Origin: Podarcis muralis
Taxonomy: Eukaryota
Assembly (NCBI RefSeq): GCF_964188315.1
Contig: NC_135658.1
Coordinates: 124,001 to 188,000 of the forward strand
Direction: 5' to 3'
DNA: 64,000 nt
Shown: one piece after another, positions 1 through 13,200 of the stretch
Layout of the letters: every line of letters starts with the position of its first letter
Position numbering within the stretch: position 1 is the first letter of the stretch
Notes under the pieces: model-generated
The model's input: only the letters and a program-made list of their open reading frames with translations
Told to the model about the DNA's origin: nothing
Database searches by the model: none
Position numbers and translations under genes: made by a program

Positions 1-210
1 CCAGCCCCTGCAATGCAGGAATCTTTTTGCCCAAGGAGACCCATGACTCATGCTCTACTGACTGAGCTGTCCCATTGGGCAACTTCTCTGACACATTGTG
101 AATCTTTGCAACTGGAAAACGGCACACCTCCTGGAACCTCATATTTTATGATATGGCAATATAGAAATACTTTTATAAATGAGCTATTGGAATAACAGCA
201 ACAATTTCAT

Positions 211-330
211 AGAAGTTTTTAAACAGAGGTCAGATGGCCATCTGTCAGGGGTTTCTTGGCTGTGCATTGCAGGGGGTTGGACTAGATGACCCCTGGGGTT
301 ACTTCCAACACTACAATTCTATGATTCTAT
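211..330 (+). mobile_element. CR1 LINE 3' end fragment
   Basis: GGGGTTGGACTAGATGACC...TTCCAAC followed by the CR1 terminal repeat ATTCTATGATTCTAT; same motif as the reverse complement of the CR1 tail at 11647. Confidence 0.75.
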
Positions 331-2394
331 ATCAAGGCAGTGTACATTATGAAAAATAAAACATTGTTTCTGCCATACACATGAAGTGTCCAGAGTGTAT
401 CCCCAGCACACTGAAGCGTCAGCTGCAGATGTGTCTCAGACTCCTGGCGTTTGGCTTCCTCTGATGGGTCTCGTGGAAAAGGGGGGGTATCTTTGCTCTT
501 GCTCCACTTTACAACTGAAATGGGGCGGGGTGACCTTTCAGTTTGGTTTCTCTGGATTGAGGAAGGAGTGATGCTAGAACTGAGTGAAGGTGTATCACAG
601 GGTCTCCTCAAACTATTTTTACATTTAGAGTCTGTGTTGTATCGTGTTTGGTAATGAAGATACTGGTTTGGCCCGACATCTGTTTTGTGTATAGTCATCT
701 ATTTTAGGTTTTGAGCATCTGCTTTCATTTGGACTCCATGACGCAGAGCTCAAAGCCCTTTCCAGGGTTGCTACAAATGTCAGGAACTTCACTGAAAATT
801 CTCTGCTCCTTTTCTGCACTCCAAAAACTCCAGGCTGGTGGGGAAGGAGAGGGGAGCACAGCAGATGTGTTTCCAAGTCTTATTTTGTTCACATAACATG
901 GAGATGAGGAAGCAGGAAGCCCATGCTTACAGGTGGGGGGGGGGAGGCTAAACCCTAATCTCCACCCACCAATTCTCTGCAAATGAAACTTCACCAGTCC
1001 CTCCACTGGGTCTACTTTCAGTTTGGCAGGCTGACTGGGGGCAGGGATGGACTTTCTGACTTAGGTTTGCATTTGTTGTTTTGTTTCTATGTATTTTGTG
1101 GTTTTCAGAAGAAAACATCAATAGAGAATTTTCCTCACAAAAAAGAGGCAGGGGTGGGGCATTTGCCATGGAGAACTGGAAGGCGAAGGAGGGATACGTG
1201 CCCCCCTAAGGAGGCATTAGTTCCTGCCCACCAAGTGGTCCCTGCTCATTCTGCCCTCCTGCATGGACCTTTGAAAGGGCAGCTCTGGCGGCTCTGCCAC
1301 CTTCGCCAAGAGAGCCGGGAAGCCGACTGCTCTGAGCTGTGCCTGCAGCACAGTTTGCAGGACAGCTGGTGGGAGTCTTCTGCTGTTGGTTCTTGTCTCT
1401 TGTGGAATAGATGGTTTCAGTCCAGAAATCTGCACTCAAGGAAACATAGGCAATGTGGGAAGTGGTAGAAGGGATGATGATCTCAGGCTGAACTCCATTT
1501 TGGAAACAGGCAGCAGAGAGCTCTGCTTTCAAGGCAGCTGCATTTGGTTTAAAAACAAAGTCCCCTTTCAACAAACATTACATTTTATTTCACATTCAAA
1601 ACCCCAGAGTGTTAATAAAGAAAAATACTCTGAGGATTTATGGACAGAGCTGCTTGCAATTAATTCTCTAAAGGCCAGCTCAGCTGAAACCTAAGCCCAG
1701 AATCCAGCCAGAGGATGGGTTTTTCAAGAATAGCAGCACCTCACATTTTTTTGGAGGGGGGCAATCTCACAAGTGGCCCCCCCACCAGTTTTTAGATTTA
1801 ACTTTGTAGCCATGGAGACTGACAATCACAGCTCACCCACCAGCCCTCTACTCTGAACAAAGCTGCCTGGTTTCATTAAAAATGTTCACACACATTGTTT
1901 ATCTCCCTGACATTCAGCACAAAAGAGGACCCTCTTGGGACCTTCACAAACTCCCTATTCATTGGGAAGTGTCGGCTGGTTTGCCCTGACTATTGGGTGA
2001 CTGCCCAATAATGTGCTACACCAAGATAGCCCAGCACTAATATTTTAATCAAAACATCATGCAAAGAGGCAAAGAGACCATATATTATGTCAACACAGCG
2101 AATGAGTCGCCCCCAGCAGAAATGGTCTGGAGCCAGCGGAGGCCTGTGGGGCATACCAAGTGCTTCTGATCTTGTGGACTCCTCCAAATCTCTCTACAGA
2201 ATCCTCTCAACCTTGTTTGTGGTGTTTTCTCAGCTCCCGGTAGCTGCTGCAGTGGCCTGGGCTCAGGCAGCTCACTCTCCCCTTGCACACACCCTCTCCA
2301 TCTGCCAACAACATACTCTCCCTGTTGCCAGTTGTGTAAAGTGGGCAGCAGCAGCCACCTGCAGGACTCAGCTCAGTGGGGAACTTGCCAGAAT

Positions 2395-2530
2395 CATCAT
2401 AATCATCATTTATTTATTTAATTTATATGCTGCCCTATACCTGGAGGCTTCGGGGTGGTTCACAGAATAAAATCAAAATATAAAACCACAAAATACATAT
2501 TCAAAATAAAACTGAAAACCCAATAACCCT
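2395..2530 (-). mobile_element. L2-type 3' tail remnant
   Basis: ATTATTTATTTAATTTATATGCTGCCC...GGGGTGGTTCACA resembles the reverse complement of squamate L2/SINE tails; boundaries approximate. Confidence 0.5.
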
Positions 2531-2899
2531 CTTGGGTCTCCCCAAGACTGTGTGCAGTGCACAGCTGAGGTCAGACTTGACAGGTGGGATGAGAGGCAGT
2601 AGCAAGGCTGTCTGAGGGTCTGGCAGCCACGGATAAGCCTATTCTAAATCCCAACTGGAGTCTGAGTCGGAAGGAATAAGAGGAAGGAGGCATTATTTTT
2701 CTCCAGTCTGGGGCAGGATTAATAGTCAGAGGGTAAGAGCATAAGGAAAGCCCTACTGGGCCCCTAGTCCAGCATTCTATTCTCACAGCAGCCAACCAGA
2801 TGCCCGCCTGGGAAGAAGCCCTTCTCTCTTCCTGCGATTGCCAGCAGCTCCTCTTACAAAGCATGCTGCCTCCAACCAACCATTCAGGCAAAGCAGAGC

Positions 2900-3530
2900 C
2901 ATTGATGGCCTTATCCTCCGTGAATTGGTCTAAGCCTCTACTAAAGTCGCCCAAGTTGGGGGCCATCAGTGCCTCCTGTGGGAGAGAGTTCCGTAGGTGC
3001 TGTGTGAAGAAGTACTTTATCTGTCCTGAATCTTCCAACGTGCTGTTTCATTGGATGCCCAGGAGTTCTAGCATTAGGAGAAAGGGAGAAAAATGGGGCC
3101 CACTTTCTCCAGGACATGCATAATTTTATAAAATTATCATGTAACCTCTTACATGCCTTTTCTCTAAACCAAAAAGTCCCCAAAGCCCATTTCCTCATAG
3201 GTAAATCACTCCATCCCCTGGATCATTCTGATAGCCCTTTTCTGAACCATTTTCAATTCTACAATATCCTTTTTGAGGTGTATTCCAAATGTGTACACAC
3301 TATAGATTTGCCCCAGCTGCAACAAAACATGTCTCTCCTGCATCACAGCAGGCACTGTAATCATTTTGACTTCCCTCCCAATGGCACACTCCTCTATTGT
3401 CTCCCAATTCCTGATCCTCAAGAGGTCCTCTCCTCTTCTTCCTTGACTGCTAAGCTGACTCAGGAGTCTTTGGTGAGGGACTTCGTCAAAAGTCCAAGTA
3501 CAGTATGCCAACTGAATTATCTATCTATAT
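2900..3530 (-). mobile_element. Degenerate CR1 ORF2 C-terminal fragment
   Basis: Broken ORFs 3206..3511 (FDEVPHQRLL; KKDIVELKMVQKRAIRMIQGME) and 2571..3038 (NSLPQEALMAPNLGDFSRGLDQF) match the CR1 RT C-terminus seen intact at 11726..13030. Confidence 0.8.
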
Positions 3531-4299
3531 TCTTGTTGCCGGAGGATCCACCTCTCTGAGCCAAAAATAGTTCCAAAAGAGCTTCACCAGTTCCCCTGAC
3601 TCTGTCCCCAGTGGACATGGGGGTCAAACCCAAGGAAAGCTCCCTATGCAGCCAGAACAGAAGGGGGGACTTGGTTAGACACTTTCGGTGCCTCATGGAT
3701 GGACTCTTCCACCCCTATTTTTTCTAAAGTGAAGCCTCCATGTTGCTAGCCAGGCCTTTGCCCAGAAGCATCCTGACCCAGGCAGACTGTCTTCCAGCAG
3801 GAAGGGTGTGTTATCAGGAAATGTGTCCACATTGCTGCTCACCCCAACAGGGCAGATTTTAGTCTTTCCAATTTCAGTGGTGGCCTGTGGGGAGCATCCC
3901 CGCCCCTCGCCTTCTGTCCTGCTCATTTCACTATGCCATAGCTGAGATGCCCCGTGGCACCCCAGGCTCAGCACCCCGTGCAGCGGAACCAGTGGTGCTG
4001 CCCTTCATCTGCCTCTTGAGCAAGAACCCCAAAGCAGGTTGCAGGAGCAGAGGCTGCAGAAGAGCAGGCCCAGTCTCTCTGCTGGGGGTGAATGCCAGCA
4101 TGGATGGCCATGCTGAAGAAGAGGCTCAAGTGCCTCTCAGCAGGCTCCCTTGCAAGTGAGGGCTGGTGCTTCCAGGTGTGGTCCCTGCCCAGGCCGGCAA
4201 GGCTGAACGGGGGTGGGGGGTGGGGGGGTTGCAAGCCGCTGGGCTGCTTCCTCAGCCTCCTTGCAAAGACCTGCAAGCGGACGGGGAGCCCACAGCCCG

Positions 4300-6720
4300 G
4301 CAGCCTCGCAGGGGAGAGAAGGAAGAGCCCTAGGACCGAAGGGGAAGGAAGAATGGGGCGTGTGACCCACGCGCTCTCTCCAGCGAGGCATCTCTGTGGC
4401 GCCTGGCTGCTGTTACAGGGGATCGCCTTTTGTAAGCCGCCTTGCAGCCGGAAGCTCCTCCTGGGGCGGAAGACGGGACAGAATAGAAAGGACGGGAAAC
4501 AAAGTCCGTGAACAAAATTAATCTCGTCCAGCAAAAATCGTGGCGACGGCGAGAAGAAGGTGACCTACAACAGAACAAGAGAGATCTAGAGGGGGAGGGG
4601 AGCGGATTCCCCCTCTGAATCCTTGCTTGCATCACGAGCCGTTTCAGGCATTGTCGATCGCATTCATTCATCAGTGAAAAGGTCACGATTGTTGCACTAC
4701 GGTTTGTAACTGAGCGGAGGCTGGGGCGCTCAGCCCCCGCCAGCCGCCGCACCAACCGAGGCTGCCACGACCCGGCGCAGAAAGAAGCCTCTGAGCCTGT
4801 GCCGAGTGCCGCCTTCCTTCTCCCCGCGCGGAGGGTCTTCCTTTCGGCCGAGCGCATCGCGGCTCCGGAGCAGGCGCAGCCCCCGCCCAGGCTCGCTCCT
4901 TTGGGGGGGGGGGGGCTGCCGGGGCGCGCGCGGAGAGGGGGGCGCGCAGGGCCGCGGCGCAAGCGGGGCCGGGCAGGAGCGGGCGGGCCAGACGGCGCGG
5001 CTCGGGTTTCAGCGAAGCCTCGGCTCGCTCCATCCTCCAGCCCAGCCGAGCGCGGAGCCCTCGTCGCCCTCGCCTCCCACTTCTCCTCCTTCGGCGCCTG
5101 GCGCGGGGGTCTCTGCCGCCCGAGGCAGGCCAGCCCCCCACCCGCGGCCGGAGCGCCAGGCGGACAGGCGGATGGCCAGGAGAGAGGATGCACGTAGGTG
5201 GCCGGAGCGCTGCGCCCCCTCCCCGCTTTGTCCCGCGAGCAGAGTAGGAGCGCGGGCGGGGGAGGAGATGGGCGGGACCTCGCCGCGAAACGGCGAAACC
5301 TGCCCCCCCACCTGGCCCGCCCCGCGTGCCCAGCACCCCAAAGAGCGGCGAAAGGGCCGGAGCAGCCCCTCCCGGGTTTGCCCGGCGAGGGAGGGGGCGG
5401 CAGCCGAGTCGGGGGCTCCGCGAGGGGAGGGGGGGCGTCGGGCTCACGTTTCACAGGCCGGGACTGGACCCGCCTCGCCCGCCCGGCTCCCCCCGCGCTC
5501 GGCGCTGGGCAAATTGGAAGCAGCTGCGGCGCTGGGGCGACTCCGCGCCTCCTGGTGCTGAGCCCCCAAAGCCATGGACACGACGGGACCCCCGAGGGCT
5601 ATGGGGCGGCCCCTCAAGGTGTGCGCGCGCGGGGCGAGATTCACATGTGTCCTGGGGAAAGGAGAGCAGAGGTCCAGGGACCCCCCCCCCCCAAGCCGGC
5701 TGGCCCTGCTTGCCTTCCCGCTACTCCTCGCCTCGGGCACGTAGCCCGGGCACCCCCCCCCCCCGCTGGGTCTGGGACGCGCGCTGCCCAAGGGCTTCTG
5801 GGCGTGGGAGCAGAGTCGCAGCCTTTCCCTGCAGCCGCAGCCCCCCCCTTGCCCCGCTGGGGAGACCTTTCCGAGGGGGCGGGGTCGCTCCTCCACCGCG
5901 GGCCGGCCGGGGTCCGACGCCGCCGACGAAGCTCGGGAGTGGACGGGGCGTCAGCCCAGGAAGAAGACGGCTTTGCTGACCGGCTTCCCCCTGCAGCAGG
6001 GCGCGGGCGGCGCGGGGCCCCACCGTCCATCCCGGGGAGCCCCGAGTGCCATCGCGGGGCCCCGACGAGCGGCAGCGGCGGCGACGCTTTCAAGCGCGGC
6101 CAAGTATGAGCTCAGGCTGTCGCTGCTTCCTGGCGGAGCCCGAATCCTGGCCGTGCCTGCGGGGCTCCCCCCCGCCGCCGCGGGACTCCCCCCCTGCCCC
6201 CCCCCCCCCGCCCGAGGAAGGGCTGACCCGCTCCCGCTCGGAGCACCCGCGCCGCCCGCGGGACTGGAGCCAGCCCGGCCCCCCAACCCCCACCCCACCC
6301 TGCAGTGAGGAGCCGCTACAGCGAGGCGGAGCGAGCGGTGGGGCTGCAGCCAAGGAGCCGGAGGAGCCGGAGCCAAGGAGCCGGAGAGACAAAGGCAGGC
6401 GGGGGGAGCCAGCCAGGCAGCGAGCGAGCGAGCGGGGCGGGGAGCAGCCGCGACGGCAGCGGCGGAGACAAAGGCGGGCCGTGGCCAGCTCGCGCTTTCT
6501 TCTTCTTTCTTCCCTTCCTCCCTTTCTTCCCCGCTTCTCCTCCTCCTCCCGCCCGCCCGCCTGCCCGCCGCCTTTGTCTGTCCCGGTCTCCGATGGCAGG
6601 CAGGTGGGGTGGCCCCAGGGGCCCTCCTGACCGGGGCGTCCTTCTTGCGACGGCTGTGCCCGGGGCAGGAAGAGCTGGGGGCACGGGTAGCGCCACCGTC
6701 TTTTGCTACGGAAAGAGCGG
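4300..6720 (+). promoter_or_regulatory. DCHS1: CpG island: probable DCHS1 promoter and non-coding first exon
   Basis: Dense CpG and GC boxes 0.5-3 kb upstream of the acceptor at 7149-7150. Human DCHS1 has a non-coding exon 1. Exact exon not resolvable; candidate donors near 5193, 6604 and 6687. Confidence 0.7.
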
Positions 6721-7246
6721 CTGAGGAGCTCCTGCTCCCCTGAAGCCCTCTTGGGAAGAGCAGGGAGGGAAGGGGGGCTCCTCAGCCCTGCCTCTGCTGC
6801 GACCGACCTGGAGCCACACCTGTCCCCCAACCCCTGTCCTCTGGTCTGCCCCCTCCTCAGCCCCTGTTCTAGCCAGCAAGACCCACCCCTACCAGCCTGT
6901 CTTGCCAGAGGGGAAGGGGTCCTGGGCATTTGAGGGTGCTGGAAACGATTTTGGGGGGTCTGTCAGGGGTGTCAGGAACAGCCCCTTTCACCTTTCCTGC
7001 AGCACCCACCACTGTCCCCCTGCTCTGGGGTCTGATTTCCCCCCTTGGCCACAAAGACAGGTGGGGGTCCCGTAACTGGCATGCTTCCCTCACTGTCTCC
7101 TCGCCTGTTCTTCCCCTTCAGACTTGCTTTCTCTTGTGCATTCCTTGCAGGATTAAGGCGCTTGCTCAGCAGACAGAGGCCGGCCTTTCGAGGGCCTCCC
7201 AACCCTCACCAGCTTCCTTCGGAAAGGCTTCAGGGAGCAGCTAGAC

Positions 7247-10200
7247 ATGGCCTGGGTCATTCTGCTGCTGCTGCTGGGGGTGCTGGCTGCCCTTGGGCAG
7301 GGCTCAGCAGTCCTGGGCACCCTAGACCTGCAGATTGATGAGGAGCAGCCGGCTGGCACCATCATTGGGGACATCAGTGCAGGCCTGCCCCCTGGCACCA
7401 CGACTTACATGTACTTCATCTCTGCCCAGGAGGGCAGCGGGGTGGCTACAGACCTAGAAATTGATGAGAATACTGGCATCATCAAGGCTGCCAGGGTGCT
7501 GGACCACGAGAGCCGAGACCACTACAGCTTCATTGCGGTCACCCCTGAAGGTACCACGGTGGAGGTCAATGTCCAGGTCAACGACATCAATGACCACGCG
7601 CCCACCTTCCCCAAGCAGCGCAGCTCCCTCCAGATCCCAGAGCACACCCCCCTGGGCAGCCGCTTCCCCCTAGAGCCAGCCTTTGACGCCGACAGTGGCT
7701 TGCTCAACACCCAGGGGTACGCCATCAAAGGGGGAAATGTGGGGCAGGCTTTCCGCCTGGAAATGCGCCGTGGGCCCAATGGGGTCCTCCAGCCGGAGCT
7801 GGTGGTGAGCAGCATGTTGGACCGGGAGACGCGGCCCAGCTACACCCTCTTTCTGGAGGCCTATGATGGCGGATCTCCCCCCCGGAGCTCCCAGATGACC
7901 TTGGATGTGTCTGTCCAGGATGTCAACGACAACGCGCCAGCCTTCAACCAGAGTCGCTACCACACCCTCATCCCAGAGAACCTCCAGCCCGGCAGCAGCA
8001 TCATGCGGGTCTTTGCCCTGGACGCTGACGAAGGGGACAATGGTGCCGTGGTGTACGAGATCAACCGCCGGCAGAGCGACCCGGAGCAGTACTTCACAAT
8101 CGATGCCACCACTGGAGTCATCAAGCTCAACAAGGGCTTGGACTATGAGTTGCGGAAGGTGCACGAGCTGGTGGTGCAGGCGCGAGACCGGGCGGTGCAC
8201 CCCGAAGTCTCCACAGCCTTCGTCACCATCCAGGTGCGAGACTACAACGACAACCAGCCCACGATGACCATCATCTTCCTCAGTGAGGATGGCTCTCCTC
8301 GCATCTCAGAAGGCGCCCAGCCCGGGCAGTTTGTGGCCCGCATCTCCGTCTCAGACCCTGACTACGGAGAGTACGCCAATGTCAACGTCTCCCTGGAGGG
8401 TGGCGAGGGCAAGTTCGCCCTCACCACCAAAGACAACATCATCTACTTGATCTGCGTGGACCAAATGCTGGACAGGGAGGAACGGGACTCCTACGAGTTG
8501 CGGGTGACAGCCACGGATGCAGGAACGCCCCCCCTGCGGGCTGAGTCAGCATTTGTGCTCCAGGTGACAGACGTCAATGACAACCCGCCCCTCTTTGACA
8601 CCCAGGAGTATGAGCAGAGCGTCCCCGAGGTGGTTTACCCCGGCAGCTTCGTGCTGCAGGTGACGGCTCGCGACAAAGACCAGGGCCCCAATGGGGAGGT
8701 TCGCTACAGCATCCTGCACACCCACCACACCCATTCCCACTGGTTTGCCATCGATCCTGCCACAGGCATCGTCACGACGGCCTCTTCTCTGGATTATGAG
8801 GTTGATGCTCAGCCCCAGCTGACTGTGGTGGCCACGGATAGGGGCAAGCCTCCCCTCTCTTCGACCGCTGTGGTTCACGTGACCTTGCAGGATGTCAACG
8901 ACAATGAGCCCCTCTTCGAAAGCAACTTCTACAATGTCTCCCTGAGGGAGAACGTCCCTCCTGGCACCTGCTTCCTCCAGGTGAGCGAGGGGTTGGGGAG
9001 GAACCTGGCCAGGAGGGGGTGATGCTGCAGGAGCAGCCAAAGTGGCAGCAGTACAAGCAGCCTCTCCCTCTGGTACCTGGCCCAGGTTGATGTGCCCTGT
9101 GCTTGTCCGTGGCTCCCGAGAAAGACAGATCTGGAGGGGGCGGGGTGCATATGGGGGTGGGCTGGAGTCCTTGACTAGGGTGGGGAATGAGCACCTCAAG
9201 TCCAACTGGCCAAGAGTCTCAGCAGCTCTGCAGATTGTTGGAAGGGGACAACCTCGGCTGGTAATGGCAGCTCATTTGTGAAGGGCCCAGGTTTAATCCC
9301 ATTTGTGAAGGGTCCCAGGTTTAATCCCAGTGGCAGCTCTAGGTAGGGCTGGAAGAGAGAGTCCTGTCTGAAATCCCACTGTAGACGGAACTACGCCAGG
9401 TGGACCTCTGGTCTGACTTGGAAGGTGGGAGGCTAGGCTGTTCCTAGAATAGCAGGTCCCTTCTAGCCCCACATGCCTCCCTATCTTGAAGGGCTGCCAC
9501 ACCAAGGAAGGGTCAGTCCTACCTTCCCACTTCCTGTCTTAGGGCCATTCCCCTCTCTCTGCCCGTCCTGTGTGCTCAAGAAGAAGGGACTGGATCAAGA
9601 GGAAAAGAATCCTTTCCTTGGCATGTTGGGGGACACAGACTGGGGCAGAGGCCAAAGTCCCAGGGCGGGACAAGGAAGCCTCACGCTTGCATAAGCCCCA
9701 GCAGTCTGCTGAGTGAAGCCCTTCTCCTCCTTGAAGGAGAAGCAGCCTGCAGCTGATGAGCTCCTGCTTCCTGCTCTTCTCCATTCCACAGTCCATTGCA
9801 GAAACCTTGGACAGGAATAGCCTCACTAGATGGATACAGAAAGCTCCAGGCTGAGTCCACAGAATCCGCCATGGAGGAGAGAGTGAGCTCCACTGCAAGG
9901 CCCCTAGCAGCCTCTTTCCCTCGCGGGAGGCAGTGCAGCAGTAGATGGGCCAAAGACCCAACCCCATTTTATGGGCCAGGCCAGGAGATTGCCAGAGCAG
10001 ATCTGCCAGGGTCCATCAGTCATACCCTCTGGCTGTCGCCAGGTTGGGTCTCTTTAGCCTTGGAAGAACCCCATTGCAATTTGGGTCCTCCTGGGATCCT
10101 TTCGGGGGCTCAGCTGCCTTGAGGTGCCTCAGGCGATGCCAGCTTAGCTTCGTGGAACAGAATCCTGCTCCTCTGTAACAAGGCATCCCTCCACCCACCC

Positions 10201-13200
10201 ACCACTCCTCATGACAGCAGCTGAGTATCTGGAGTGCGGGGGGGGGGGCAGCAGGCAGCTGGCCAAGAGGAGGCAAAGGCCCTCTCCCTTGCAGCCCAAG
10301 GAGGGCAGGATGGGGTGGGGAGCATCAGAGCCAAGCTCTGCCCGTGCCTCTGACTTTGGGGGCACCAGCAGTGTTGCCATGCGCTTGGTTTGAAGAAGGG
10401 GTGTGGACCTGTCGGGCCCTCCAGATATTGTGGGGCTGTACCTCCCAAGAGCCAGGATGGCCGTGGGTAAGGATGAGGAGAGCTGGAGACTGGAGCCCCA
10501 GTCAGTGGATTTGTTGATGCACTAAGGAAAACCCAGGATGGACTGACTTTTTCCGGGTTTTATATTTCATCCAGATTTATTTTATATATTGTGATTTATT
10601 TTATTCAGTTCATATCCCCAACTTCCTCCCGAAGGAGCCCAGTGCAAAACCTGTCAGGGGGGTTTCCTTCCTCTAGCTTCCTACACATTTTCCCTTCAGC
10701 TCTCTGGGCTCTGGAATGTACCTTGCATCTTGATCTGTCTCTTGCCTTGCCCCGGTTTCCTTTCCTTGCCTGAGAAGCTCATAGCTCTGGCCTCTGAGCT
10801 CGTCCTTTTCGGAGCTGCAGACCTCTGAAATGGCTGTTCCCATTGGCTGGCTGCTGCTTTCTCCTTGAGAGTTTCCTTATGCTGCTGACATCTGTGTTAT
10901 TCGAGGGACTTTCTGGCTGAGCAAACCCCAGTTTCCCCCACGGTTGTGCAACTGCGGCAGCCCCAGACTCCATCGCCACTTATGGGGAGGTTTGCTGAGC
11001 AAGAGGAGCTGGATCTGCAGACATTGTTCCTTCCCTTTCATATTCTTTGAACTGGGAAGCTGCACAATAGCTCAGGAAAGGGGGCAAATGCTTCCTTCAG
11101 ATATATATTTTTAATTTATATAAGCATATTTAAAATGTTTTTAATACATGTGTATTTAAAACACAACAGTGTTAATGGAGAAATCTGAGGCTCCCTTGGA
11201 CAAAAAACAAGGACACCAGCCAGGAATAGTAGAGCAAAACAGCAACCAGTCGGCTTGGTCTTTATTGAAGACTGTCGCAACAGGACTCCCACCTACCACA
11301 AGATGGAAGCCCCAAACTTTTATTACCGGTAGCTGCTAATCCCCATGTTACAGCCCCCCAAACTCCATCACTAATACATCATGGTTACATCATGAAAGTG
11401 GAGGTCTGGTGGCAGTAATCTGAGCATCCTGGACCCTGCCCCATGGTTCTCCTTGCCCTCCACCAAACACCCATCAAGTGTAATAAAAAAGATATTTACA
11501 TTTCCCTGTTTCCCAGCCAAGTTAATCACATCCTTTTGTCTTCCTCTGGGTTTGTTATTTCTGGAACGGCTACCTGTCTGGCACTCAGGTATCAGGATGC
11601 CAGGGATTATCACTCAGGCAGAGGGGCTGCTGAGTAGCTGAGCTTACATAGAATCATAGAATCATAGAGTTGGAAGAGACCACAAGGGCCATCAAGTCCA
11701 ACCCCCTGCCAAGCAGGAAACACCATCAGAGCACTCCTGACATATGGTTGTCAAGCCTCTGCTTAAAGACCTCCAAAGACGGAGACTCCACCACACTCCT
11801 TGGCAGCAAATTCCACTGTCGAACAGCTCTTACTGTCAGGAAGTTCTTCCTAATGTTTAGGCGGAATCTTCTTTCTTGTAGTTTGGATCCATTGCTCCGT
11901 GTCCGCTTCTCTGGAGCAGCAGAAAACAACCTTTCTCCCTCCTCTATATGACATCCTTTTATATATTTGAACATGGCTATCATATCACCCCTTAACCTCC
12001 TCTTCTCCAGGCTAAACATGCCCAGCTCCCTTAGCCGTTCCTCATAAGGCATCGTTTCCAGGCCTTTGACCATTTTGGTTGCCCTCCTCTGGACACGTTC
12101 CAGTTTGTCAGTGTCCTTCTTAAACTGTGGTGCCCAGAACTGGACACAGTACTCCAGGTGAGGTCTGACCAGAGCAGAATACAGTGGCACTATTACTTCC
12201 CTTGATCTAGATGCTATACTCCTATTGATGCAGCCCAGAATTGCATTGGCTTTTTTAGCTGCCACGTCACACTGTTGGCTCATGTCAAGTTTGTGGTCAA
12301 CCAAGACTCCTAGATTCTTTTCACATGTGCTGCTCTCAAGCCAGGTGTCACCCATCTTGTATTTGTGCCTCTCATTTTTTTTGCCCAAGTGCAATACTTT
12401 ACATTTCTCCCTGTTAAAGTTCATCTTGTTTGTTTTGGCCCAGTTCTCTAATCTGTCAAGGTCGTTTTGAAGTGTGATCCTGTCCTCTGGGGTGTTAGCC
12501 ACCCCTCCCACTTTGGTGTCATCTGCAAATTTGATCAGGATGTCCTTGAGTCCATCATTCAAGTCGTTGATAAAGATGTTGAATAAGACCGGGCCCAAGA
12601 CAGAACCCTGTGGCACCCCACTAGTCACTCTTCTCCAGGATGAAGAGGAACCATTGATGAGCACCCTTTGGGTTCGGTCAGTCAGCCAGTTACAAATCCA
12701 CTGAGTGGTAGCATAGTCAAGACCGCATTTTACCAGCTTCTTTACAAGAATATCATGGGGCACCTTGTTGAATGCCTTGCTGAAATCAAGGTAGACTACA
12801 TCCACTGCGTTCCCTTCATCTACCGGGCTTGTAATTCTGTCAAAAAATGAGATCAGGTTAGTCTGACATGACTTATTTTTCAGAAATCCATGCTGACTAT
12901 TGGTGATCACAGCATTCCTTTCCAGGTGCTCACAGACTGTTTGCTTAATGATCTGCTCCAGAATCTTCCCTGGTATTGATGTCAGACTGACTGGGCGATA
13001 ATTATTTGGGTCCTCTCTTTTCCCCTTCACATGCCTATATGAATTTCTGAAGTTTTCCCAGTGAGCCAGTACATAGATACATTGATCAGTGAATTCTTAC
13101 ATTTGGTATTGTACAGCAAAGGCCCTTTGAACAGATAGGAAGAAACTGTGAAGAAGTGTTTTGTGGGGACAAATCACAAAAGTGATTGTGCTGATTTTGG

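Noticed and set aside
4600-4690. C/D-box snoRNA-like arrangement on the minus strand (TGATGA...CTGA...GTGATGC)
   Set aside because: The terminal D box reads CAGA rather than CTGA, there is no terminal stem, and it is not in an identified host intron.
4330-6929. Many overlapping 150-374 aa ORFs in the DCHS1 island (similar sets at 40287-41233, 52486-53505 and 62012-63750)
   Set aside because: Stop-poor CpG-island DNA gives long Arg/Pro/Gly/Ala frames on all strands; no recognisable domains.
8981-9022. Secreted EC1-5 DCHS1 isoform implied by ORF 7247..9022
   Set aside because: Simple read-through past a strong donor (CAG|GTGAGC); no nearby intronic poly(A) signal seen.
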